Positions 27,155 through 36,400 of a DNA stretch of 64,000 nucleotides are shown here, one piece after another. Below the pieces are notes generated by a model, which searched no databases, had not been told where the DNA came from, and saw only the letters and a list, made by a program, of their open reading frames with translations. Position 1 is the stretch's first letter. Every line of letters starts with the position of its first letter. The translations under genes and the position numbers were made by a program. Source of the stretch: Eubacteriales bacterium (GTDB lineage: Bacteria > Bacillota > Clostridia > Oscillospirales > CAG-382); NCBI GenBank assembly GCA_045536935.1, contig JAZSOO010000036.1:22854-86853 (forward strand), in the 5' to 3' direction.

Positions 27155-27508
27155 ATGTCTGAAAGTAAATTAAGAACGCAATCAATGGAATTTGCAGTTC
27201 AAATTATATCTCTCGTAAAATCCCTCAAAGAAAAACGCGAATCTATCATATCTAACCAAATCGGAAGAAGCGGTACGTCCATCGGCGCAAATATCCGTGA
27301 AGCACAATATGCTCACGGAAAAGCTGATTTTATTGCAAAACTCCAAATTGCGCTCAAGGAAGCAAACGAAACGGGCTATTGGCTCGAGCTTCTATATAAG
27401 ACAAACTATATATCCGAGACCGAATACACCTCTTTAGAATCAAACTGCAAAAGTCTTCGTGTTATGCTTGTTTCTTCCATCAACACCGCAAAGGAAAATA
27501 TAAAATGA
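27155..27508 (+). CDS. four-helix-bundle protein (23S rRNA IVS protein / Avd-like family)
   Basis: SIGANIREAQYAHGKADFIAKLQIALKEANETGYWLELL matches the family signature. GGAGG RBS. Start at ATG 27155. Confidence 0.8.
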   Translation: MSESKLRTQSMEFAVQIISLVKSLKEKRESIISNQIGRSGTSIGANIREAQYAHGKADFIAKLQIALKEANETGYWLELLYKTNYISETEYTSLESNCKSLRVMLVSSINTAKENIK

Positions 27509-28011
27509 TAATACTCATCACAGGTGCATCGCACACGGGTAAAACGCTTCTTGCACAAAAACTGCTTGAAAAATATAAATATCCCTATCTGTCGATAGAC
27601 CATTTAAAAATGGGCTTGATTCGAAGCGGCAATACAGAATTAACTCCCTTAAGCGACGATGAAGAATTGACTTCATATCTCTGGCCGATAGTGCGTGAGA
27701 TGATAAAAACTGCAATCGAGAACGACCAAAACCTCATCGTCGAGGGTTGCTATATTCCTTTCGATTGGCAAAAGGACTTTGATGATGAATATCTTGAGCA
27801 CATAAAGTACTATTGCCTTATAATGACCGAAAAATATATACGCAATAACTTCCATGAAATAATAAACCAAGAAAGCGTAATCGAAAAACGCTTGGCAAAC
27901 GATTTTACAATCGAGGAAGCAATCAACGATAACGCAAAAATGCTGACTCTTGCAAAAAAATATAACGCCGACTATATTCTCATCGACACCGAATACAAAA
28001 TCGAAATATAA
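27505..28011 (+). CDS. P-loop NTPase / small-molecule kinase-like protein
   Basis: Walker A GASHTGKT at the N-terminus; 168 aa. The ATG overlaps the stop of the upstream gene (ATGA). Confidence 0.6.
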   Translation: MIILITGASHTGKTLLAQKLLEKYKYPYLSIDHLKMGLIRSGNTELTPLSDDEELTSYLWPIVREMIKTAIENDQNLIVEGCYIPFDWQKDFDDEYLEHIKYYCLIMTEKYIRNNFHEIINQESVIEKRLANDFTIEEAINDNAKMLTLAKKYNADYILIDTEYKIEI

Positions 28012-28024
28012 CAAGCACCCCAAC

Positions 28025-28059
28025 AAAAAACCTCTTTTGTACTAACAAAAGAGGTTTTC
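28025..28059. terminator. bidirectional intrinsic terminator
   Basis: CCTCTTTTGT-ACTA-ACAAAAGAGG flanked by an A-run and a T-run. Confidence 0.85.
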
Positions 28060-28061
28060 TT

Positions 28062-29090
28062 CTATTTATTCAAGCTCTTTGCAATCTGCAAAAGCTCTTT
28101 TCGTGACGAAACACGAAGCTTGGCATAGATGTTCTTGTTGTGGAACTTAAGCGTGTTTTCCGTGATGTTCAATTCCGCAAGCACGTCCTTGGTGCCCTTA
28201 CCGGAAAGATAAAGGTCGTAAACAAGCCTTTCTGTGTGGGTGAGGGTGAGAAGGTCCTTTTCAAACCGTGCGTGAATCTTTTCGGGGATAATATAAGGCT
28301 CTTCGTTTTCTGTTTTGGAAGCGCTTTTCGCCAAAGCAAGCCTTTTTTCGGTTTCCTCGTTCAGCAAACGTATACCCAAAAGGAAAAGCTCGCTGATTAT
28401 GTACGATACCGAAAGCACCTCAAAATCGACCTTGACGAACTGTTCGATAAGCCAAACACCGATATTAACAAATACCGCGGAAAGCAAAATGATCGAATGA
28501 ACAGGGGAGTCGATCTTCTTTTTGGACATAGCGTTCGAAATGAAAAATACCATCGAGCCGAAATACCCAAGAAGATAGACCATATATATTCTGTGCAACG
28601 GCCCGTATACCTTCTTCAATACACTGACGCCGTTAACCTGAATAAGCGAAACTTCCTTATAATATATATCAAGCACACCCGGACTTCCTGCAATAAGAAA
28701 GACCAAAATACCGACAGCCGAAAGCGAGATCAAGACCCATTTCGGGCATTTGATCTTGATGTTGTTGAGAATTATCATCAGCATCGACATCGGCAGAAAT
28801 ACCGAGCCGAGATAGGAGATTCTGTTTGCCCAAAGCGCAAATTCAAGTGTATCGGATATCGAAAGCAAAAGATACCCAAGGTTGACAACGGTAACCGAAA
28901 CAAAAAGGAAGAAAAGCCAAAAATCCTTCTTCTTATTAAAACACGCATATCCGATCACCAAAGCCAGCGATACAAAAAACGTAATGCCGTATATAATTGT
29001 CGTTCCCGTTGTCTTTTCGCCTTCACTGCAAGCAGAGAACAAAAGTAAAGCGAACAGAAAGACAAAGCTCAAAGTCAAATTTCTTTTCAT
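28062..29090 (-). CDS. membrane-embedded LuxR-family (HTH) regulator
   Basis: Lipoprotein-like signal (LLLFSAC), about 6-7 TM helices, then C-terminal LuxR HTH TERLVYDLYLSGKGTKDVLAELNITENTLKFHNKNIYAKL. Start at ATG 29090 after GGAGA. Confidence 0.7.
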   Translation of the reverse strand: MKRNLTLSFVFLFALLLFSACSEGEKTTGTTIIYGITFFVSLALVIGYACFNKKKDFWLFFLFVSVTVVNLGYLLLSISDTLEFALWANRISYLGSVFLPMSMLMIILNNIKIKCPKWVLISLSAVGILVFLIAGSPGVLDIYYKEVSLIQVNGVSVLKKVYGPLHRIYMVYLLGYFGSMVFFISNAMSKKKIDSPVHSIILLSAVFVNIGVWLIEQFVKVDFEVLSVSYIISELFLLGIRLLNEETEKRLALAKSASKTENEEPYIIPEKIHARFEKDLLTLTHTERLVYDLYLSGKGTKDVLAELNITENTLKFHNKNIYAKLRVSSRKELLQIAKSLNK

Positions 29091-29362
29091 TAAATTTCTC
29101 CAAAAAAGTGTGGGTACACCCAAACCTACACCTTTTCCCACCCTATTTTTTTAAAAAAACTCAAACCCCACCCTTTTATCAAGCTAAAGTGTGGTGCTTT
29201 GCAAAAAATAATGTGTATAATGAAGGTGTAAAGTATATATTACTGTGCTGTAAATATAACTTACGTTAGTAATAACATATTATATCATATTTTTTGCTAA
29301 CGGTCAAGGTATATCTAAAACGGCACAAAAAAACAAAATTTTCCGAAAAAGGAGAAAGAAAA

Positions 29363-31411
29363 ATGAAAAAACGCATTTTAAGTTTACTTCTCGTAGGAAT
29401 GATGATTTTGACACTCATCCCCTTGTCAGCATCTGCGGACGAAAAGACGGTAATTACCGAAATCGTCGCAACCTATGATTTTGTCCAACCCACCTACGGT
29501 CAGGAAATCGATAAAGATATCACTTTTGATTTCACGGTCGAGGGCGGTCTTCCCATCACGTTTTCAAGCGAAAGCTTCGACTGGTATAAAGGCGTCGGTG
29601 AAGATTGGGATGACGTTGACTTTGGCTATTTTTCCGACGGTACTTGGTGCCACGACATAAAAGTTGTGCTTGACGATACCGATAATTATGAATTTGCCCC
29701 CGAAGGTGTTGACGTTATAATCAACGGTGTAAAATGGGATACTATCTACTATGACGGTTGGATCAAATCCCCTTCCTTCGAAATTGAATTTGTTGAAGGA
29801 CTTGCTCTTGATTTATTTTCTTACGATAACTATGCTGTCCCCACTAACTATGTCGGACAGGCAATATCCGAATATACCTTCGTTCCCGGTGTAATCGGCG
29901 GCTCAAGACCTTATACCTTCTCCAAATCAAGCGGTCCCGATTGGTTGAACGTTTCTGCCGATGGTGTTCTCACAGGTACTCCTACCGCTATTGGTGAAAA
30001 TGACGCTTTGATAGTCACCGTTACCGATGCTAACGGCGCAACCGATTCCTTGGAGGTTTACGTTTATAATACCTATATGAACCCTGCAGACCGTGAGGTT
30101 ATTTCCCGTGTTGTCGGTACTGTTGAAGTGCCCTCCTTCAAGTGTGGAGATGAGCTTGAATTCGATTCCGCTCCCGTTCTTCTCGAAGGATATCCTGCCA
30201 CCCTTTCTGTTTCCGGTTCCGATTTCTACCTTATCGATTCCGAAGATAATGTCGGCTCCCCCGTATATATCGCAACCTACGGTGAAACGTATATATATGA
30301 CATCTACGTTGCAATCAAGGACGACGCAGGCCGTACACACGTTCTTGACGAAAACCTTGAAGTTGTCATAAACGGCGTATCGACAACTGTTACGCCCAAT
30401 ATTTCTAATTCGGAGTCATTTACATGGGTTAAAGTAATGCAAAAGGTAACGGTAGAGCACTGCTTTGATAACGATTCCGACTCCACCTGTAACGGCTGCG
30501 GTGCGGTTGTCCGTGAGGGCTGTGACCACCGGTACGATGACGATTGTGATGAAGATTGTAATGTTTGCTCGGCATTGCGTGACGTAAATCATAACTATAC
30601 TAACGATTGTGACGCTGACTGTAACGATTGTGGTGAGATCCGCGTGCCTTCGGACCACAGATATTCGGGTTGTAACGATGCATATTGCGACGAATGTGGC
30701 GCATATCGTAACACACCCGTTCATACCTACGATGGCTGTTCCGATACGATATGCAACGTATGCGGAGAAGAAAGAGAACCCGCACATATTTATGATGGCG
30801 CTTTGGATACAACGTGTAACTCCTGCGGTGCAACCCGTATACTTAATTATATCAAATTGAACGAAGAAAAGGTTGCCGAAATCACTTCCGGCGGTCAGTA
30901 TGTTGACTATATCTTCACTCCCGACGTTTCGGGTACGTTTGTTTTCGCTTCTCATTGTGACGATTCGATCTTTGATACAAAGGGATATATATACGATGAG
31001 AACGGAGAAGAATTGTTTTACGATGACGACGGCGCAGAAAACCGTCAGTTCATGTTGGAATACGGATTCGAAGCGGGTGAAACCTATATTTTAAGAGCTA
31101 TGTTCTATGCTAGTTCGCAGACCGGAAGCATTCCCGTATCTCTCGTTTGTAACCACGTTTATGACGACGATTCCGACAACAGATGTAATATTTGTAACTA
31201 TAACCGAAGCGGTGCTATCCTCGGTGATATAAACGGCGACGATGAAGTAAATGCAACCGACTATATCCTTGCAAAACGTGCGGTTATGGAAACCTATACG
31301 TTATCCGAAACCCAAATCCTCGCAGGTGACATAAACGGCGACGGTGAAGTAAACGCCACCGACTATATCCTTCTCAAACGTGCAGTTATGGGTACTTACG
31401 TTATAGGATAA
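29363..31411 (+). CDS. secreted dockerin protein with Ig-like domain, Cys-rich HxY..C..CNxCG repeats and PPC-like domain
   Basis: Signal peptide MKKRILSLLLVGMMILTLIPLSASA. Putative-Ig block PYTFSKSSGPDWLNVSADGVLTGTP. Six tandem Cys units plus one more 3'. C-terminal GDINGDDEVNATDY..GDINGDGEVNATDY dockerin. Confidence 0.8.
   Translation: MKKRILSLLLVGMMILTLIPLSASADEKTVITEIVATYDFVQPTYGQEIDKDITFDFTVEGGLPITFSSESFDWYKGVGEDWDDVDFGYFSDGTWCHDIKVVLDDTDNYEFAPEGVDVIINGVKWDTIYYDGWIKSPSFEIEFVEGLALDLFSYDNYAVPTNYVGQAISEYTFVPGVIGGSRPYTFSKSSGPDWLNVSADGVLTGTPTAIGENDALIVTVTDANGATDSLEVYVYNTYMNPADREVISRVVGTVEVPSFKCGDELEFDSAPVLLEGYPATLSVSGSDFYLIDSEDNVGSPVYIATYGETYIYDIYVAIKDDAGRTHVLDENLEVVINGVSTTVTPNISNSESFTWVKVMQKVTVEHCFDNDSDSTCNGCGAVVREGCDHRYDDDCDEDCNVCSALRDVNHNYTNDCDADCNDCGEIRVPSDHRYSGCNDAYCDECGAYRNTPVHTYDGCSDTICNVCGEEREPAHIYDGALDTTCNSCGATRILNYIKLNEEKVAEITSGGQYVDYIFTPDVSGTFVFASHCDDSIFDTKGYIYDENGEELFYDDDGAENRQFMLEYGFEAGETYILRAMFYASSQTGSIPVSLVCNHVYDDDSDNRCNICNYNRSGAILGDINGDDEVNATDYILAKRAVMETYTLSETQILAGDINGDGEVNATDYILLKRAVMGTYVIG
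31220..31411 (+). repeat. dockerin-coding 3' module, near-identical to 32928-33119
   Basis: By-eye alignment: 192 nt with 4 mismatches, while the upstream coding sequence is unrelated. Confidence 0.85.
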
Positions 31412-31487
31412 AAATCAAAGTCAAAATCAAGGCGAATCTGTCTTGATTTTGACACTAAAAACCAATCGGCTTTAAAGGAAGTATAAA

Positions 31488-33119
31488 ATGAAAAAAAGAT
31501 TACTCAGTTTTCTGCTTTGCGCCGTGATGTTGATTGGCTTAATGCCGACAATGGCATTTGCGTTGGCTGCAAAATTACAAACACCGCAAAACCTCAAATT
31601 GCAAGGTACTGTGTTATCTTGGAGTGCTGTTGACAATGCGGATTTCTATGGTGTTACTTTATATCATCCAAATTACCAATATAGCATTGGCAGTTGGCAA
31701 ACTGATGGAACCAGCATCAATCTTTATAAGTATCTTAAAGACGGAGAAACCTATGGTGCTACCGTAATTGCTTGCAGTAACGGATCTTATCAGATATCCA
31801 CTCCTGCAGAAATACCTTTGACAGCTTGTACTAATGGTGGTGTCCCTATTTACAGAGATGTTAATGTGGTAAACGGTACTTCTTCTAATGCTACCGCATA
31901 CCCTGGTATGTCTGTCCGCTTAGAAGCAAAGCCGGCGCCGGAAGGCATGGTTTTTGACCGTTGGGAGTTGAGTGGTGGATACACCAATATCGGATATAGC
32001 GATACAGATACCGTTATTTATGTACAGGCGATTTGTGACAATGACATAAGTGCCCGTGCTACTTACAAATATCAAGAAAATGTCACTTCAGCCTTTACAG
32101 TTCAGCCGCATGGCGGTGCTGCTTTGGTTGGTGAATCTTTCGGTGTTACCTATGCGATGAATTTTACTCCTCAAGGAACTGTCAAGGTACAAGTAGAGGG
32201 GAATACGCCCGGAAGCTTTACCGATCTAAAGCAAGGAGCAATTAACAGTGCTTCGGTTAAGGAAGATAGTGTAGTAACAAAGACATTCCGTATCATGGCA
32301 TTCGATGGTACTCGAAATATTTATAGTGATGAATTTGTTGTATCGTGGGAAGATGGTCCTCGCTTTATCACTCAGCCTGTTGGCGGCACAGTGGATCATA
32401 ATGTAGATTTTGAAGCTACATATGCTTTGAACTTTACTCCTTTCAGCTGTCGTGTAGAGCGATATAATGATTATTTGGGTCGATGGGTTGAGTTGTCTAA
32501 TGCTTCCGCAACACAGGCAACAATCAGCTCCTACGATTTTAACACTACAAGCAACTATAGAATCAAAGCTATCATTGAGGGCGGTGGAGAAGTATATAGT
32601 GATGAATTTACCGTAACTTGGAGCGATGCAGTTTCAAAATTTATTCAGCATCCTGTAGGCGGGACGGTTGGCTTTGATGAGGACTTCTCGTTCACTTTTG
32701 CTATTAACTTTACTCCCGTATCAAATGTTGCGATTCAAAAGTATAATTCAGGTTTCGACTCATGGGACACGGTTAGTTATTGTACATCTTTGACCTCCGG
32801 TACAATTCTCGGATTCGCTTCCGAAACTACAAATAAGTATCGTCTTGAAGCATACGAAAATGGAACTCCTATTCACAGTAACGAGTTTACTGTTACTTGG
32901 GAAGACGCCGACACTATCGGACACATTCTCGGTGATATAAACGGCGACGATGAAGTAAATGCAACCGACTATATCCTTGCAAAACGTGCGGTTATGGAAA
33001 CCTATACGTTATCCGAAACCCAAATCCTCGCAGGTGATATAAACGGCGACGGTGAAGTAAACGCCACCGACTATATCCTTCTCAAACGTGCAGTTATGGG
33101 CACGTACGTTATAGAATAA
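31488..33119 (+). CDS. secreted dockerin protein with FN3-like N-domain and three ~92-aa repeats of unknown fold
   Basis: Signal peptide. Repeats share (F/I)xQPxGG...NFTP...YR(I/L)(K/E)A...YS(D/N)EF(T/V)V(T/S)W(E/S)D. C-terminal dockerin. Confidence 0.8.
   Translation: MKKRLLSFLLCAVMLIGLMPTMAFALAAKLQTPQNLKLQGTVLSWSAVDNADFYGVTLYHPNYQYSIGSWQTDGTSINLYKYLKDGETYGATVIACSNGSYQISTPAEIPLTACTNGGVPIYRDVNVVNGTSSNATAYPGMSVRLEAKPAPEGMVFDRWELSGGYTNIGYSDTDTVIYVQAICDNDISARATYKYQENVTSAFTVQPHGGAALVGESFGVTYAMNFTPQGTVKVQVEGNTPGSFTDLKQGAINSASVKEDSVVTKTFRIMAFDGTRNIYSDEFVVSWEDGPRFITQPVGGTVDHNVDFEATYALNFTPFSCRVERYNDYLGRWVELSNASATQATISSYDFNTTSNYRIKAIIEGGGEVYSDEFTVTWSDAVSKFIQHPVGGTVGFDEDFSFTFAINFTPVSNVAIQKYNSGFDSWDTVSYCTSLTSGTILGFASETTNKYRLEAYENGTPIHSNEFTVTWEDADTIGHILGDINGDDEVNATDYILAKRAVMETYTLSETQILAGDINGDGEVNATDYILLKRAVMGTYVIE
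32928..33119 (+). repeat. dockerin-coding 3' module, near-identical to 31220-31411
   Basis: See 31220-31411. The downstream hairpin GTCAAAATCAAGG...CCTTGATTTTGAC is also shared. Confidence 0.85.
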
Positions 33120-33162
33120 GAATAAAAGTCAAAATCAAGGACATGCGCCTTGATTTTGACAC

Positions 33163-33268
33163 CTATGAACGTTGCGAGTGCACAAACGTAGTTTGGGCGC
33201 GACGGCGCGAGCGCACAACGTTCCCAAAAAACGAACGAAAACCTATTTTCGTTCGAGAGCGAAGCGAC
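33163..33268. repeat. short hairpin block with AACGTT-type linkers
   Basis: GAACGTTG...CAACGTTC outer pairing and inner GC-rich palindromes. Also a 10-bp hairpin CGAACGAAAA-CCTA-TTTTCGTTCG. Confidence 0.5.
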
Positions 33269-33301
33269 CGTGCAGTTATGGGCACTTATACCATAGGATA
33301 A
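33269..33301 (+). pseudogene. orphan 3'-terminal dockerin fragment (RAVMGTYTIG-stop)
   Basis: CGTGCAGTTATGGGCACTTATACCATAGGATAA repeats the last codons of the neighbouring dockerin genes. No upstream ORF; followed by its own hairpin. Confidence 0.6.
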
Positions 33302-33320
33302 AACAAGGCAAATGAAAAAG

Positions 33321-33351
33321 TTAAAAGCAAGGTTCTCAGCCTTGCTTTTAA
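33321..33351 (+). terminator. hairpin/terminator after the orphan dockerin fragment
   Basis: AAAAGCAAGG-TTCTCAG-CCTTGCTTTT. Confidence 0.6.
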
Positions 33352-33404
33352 CACCTGATTTACGGATAAAACAAACCAAATCCCCCCAAAAAGGAGAATG
33401 AATT

Positions 33405-36400
33405 ATGAAAAAACGATTTTTAAGCTTGACACTCGTGCTTGCAATGCTTCTTTGCATTGTTCCTACTACAGCATTAACGTCATTTGCGGTTGAAACTTAT
33501 CCTATCTACGTTATCGGTGTAGGTATGAACGACGGTGACTATCTTGCCAGCGGCGCAACTTCAACGCAAACAACAAAACCCTCGTCCAGCAACGGATATG
33601 CCTATTATGAAGACGGCATCCTGACTTTGCATAACTTTAAGTATACAGGAAATACGGGGTATATGGATGATTTGATCTATTCGGATACAAATCTTAATAT
33701 CTTCCTCGAGGGAACAAGCGAACTTACCAATACCGATGAAGCCGGCAATTTCGCCTTATGTGCCGAAGAGCGTATCGTTATAAGAGGCGAAGGCGAGCTC
33801 ATTGCAAGGGCGTATATACCGATATTTGCAAATGAGGTATTTATAGAAAAGTCAACTGTAAACGTAGGTGGATATCAACACGGAATTTATGCGTATGACG
33901 GTGATATATACATCTACGATGCTGATGTTTATATAGATTCGGGATATGTCGGTTTATATACCGTTTCCGAAGCGTCAGAAATCGCTATTGAACGCAGCGA
34001 AGTTTATATATACGCAAAAGCATACGCTATATTGGCCGAGGGCGATATTTATATGGACTATAGTAACGTTGAGCTTAATTCAACAGACATAAACTATAGT
34101 GCTTTGCAATGCAACGGTGACTTAACTATCGCAGACGGCATGAGCGGTTGGGCTTCGACAGTTTCCGGCGGTGATTCCTATTCGAAATACGATCCCAAGA
34201 ACCTTGAAAGCTATCAATGGATAGCGTTCAGCATTTCAAGCAAAACCGGCCGTAGCGTAACAGTTGTCGGAGTAACAATGTACCAAGGCGATTATCTTCC
34301 TGTAAACGCAACCAAAACACAGGAAGACATGCCCTCGGGCGGTTATGCATATTTTGACGGGTATTACTTGATTCTCGATAATTATACCTACGAGGGTAAA
34401 GGATTTATATACGATACTAAAAATTACGGAATAATCTCTGATTATTCTCTTAATATAATCCTTGCGGGAAGAAACAGTATAACCATCTCGGACGATTCCG
34501 ACAATGGCGTTTGCGAGGGAATTCGGTCGGGCAGAAACATTCACATCAGCGGCGACGGAACGCTTAATATCAAATCGGATATTTCGCTCATTACCGGTCA
34601 TGGCGGTATTTATATCGACAATACAACGGTAAATACGGTCGGTACAGCCAATTATTACAATGTAACAACGTTCGAAAGAAACATCGAGATCACCGACAGT
34701 ACGGTAACTATCGACAGTTTGGGCGGCGGTTTGCAGTGTTATGATGAAAAGTTGGATATCTACATAACCGGAAGCCACGTAACGATCGACGTAAATGCGG
34801 AATGCATTGTTTCGAAAAGAGATGATGTTGAAGGTTGCCTCTTCGTTCAGGACAGCTATTTGAATTTACGAAATAACGCTTTCAACATAATAGATGCAGA
34901 CTTCTATTGCTCCGATAACCTAACCGTGTTAGCTTCGACGAACAGAAACGGAACCAACGCAGTTACCTATAACCCCGCAAACCTTTCTTCATATCAATGG
35001 ATAGAAGCAACAAGAAAGGTTATAAGCTATATCGACGTTGTTGATATAGACGTTCCCGAAACCACTTTCCACCCCGATTTCGAAGGCAATCTCGACAGCC
35101 CGTATACGATCATCGAAGATATTGACTGGTATGAGATCGATGATGACGGTGATCTTATGGCTGATGTTTTGCATTATGAGCGCTTTGAGGAAGGCAAAAA
35201 ATACCGTGTGTATATAACCGTCAGGGCTGCCGACGGATATGAATTCGACGACATCAATACCACAGCTTACATAGGCCCGAAGCAGGCGAGTAATGCTTCT
35301 GTTCAGACGGGCAACCAAAAATTAAGAACTGTTTGGACAGACTATACCGCAACGGGCAACCCCGAAAACCTAACTCTCAGTATCGGCAATATAACCCTAA
35401 GCGACGGTGATTATCTTGCCTCCGACGCAACGGGCACAACCACAACAGAACCTTCCACGGGCTATGCTTACTATAAAAACGGCGTGCTCTATCTGAACGA
35501 CTATAAAGATTCATATAGCGAGGTTCGATACAAAGAGGGCTTCCTCGAGGTAAACGTAACGGGTGATTGTACTATCGGCTCGTTCGTTGACGACTATGAT
35601 AACAACAGCGATAAAACCTATGGCCTTAAATTCACGGGCGACGGCTCTCTTTCGATAGCAGGATACGGTGAAGGCTGGGACGGCTCTATTACAGCAACGG
35701 GCGGCGACGTTATCTTTGACGGTCCCGACGTAGAGATAGGCGATAACGCATATTGCTTTGAAGGTGTTGAATATATTTGCGTTTACCAAGGCGAGATATA
35801 TGCATATACTGCTCAAAGCGGTGCGTTTGCGATGAACGACGATACCTGGATTTACGTATACGGCGGCAGCTTGGAGCTTTTCGATGCAGGCTGCTTCAGC
35901 GATTTCATTCCCGAAGATATTTACGTACAAGCAGGCAACGTTTACGTTGGCGATAATAGAGATTTTTCGTCCGCAACACTCTGGGACGAAGAAACTCCTC
36001 TTGCCACTTACGAAGGCATTTTGGTTACACCCAAATTTATCGACCGATTTGACGCAGAGGTCGAAGCACCCGAAATAGGCAAAAACCCGTCTTTTGAAGT
36101 AACGACCGCAACCGAACACTGTAACGTTGTTGTATATGATTGGTTTAACGGTGATTTTGAAATGTTAGACGAAGATGCTGTGTTTGAAGCGGGCGTTCAG
36201 TATGCTGTCGGCATTGATTTCTATGTAGAAGACGGCTATACGGCAACCAATAATGCAAAGTTTTACATCAACGGCATCGAGGCTGAATGGATACACGTAG
36301 AAGATAATTGGTATTATGCATATATCATTTACGAACCTCTTGAAGAAGAACCCGAATATATCCTCGGTGACGTAAACGGCGACGGAGCAGTAAATCTTAA

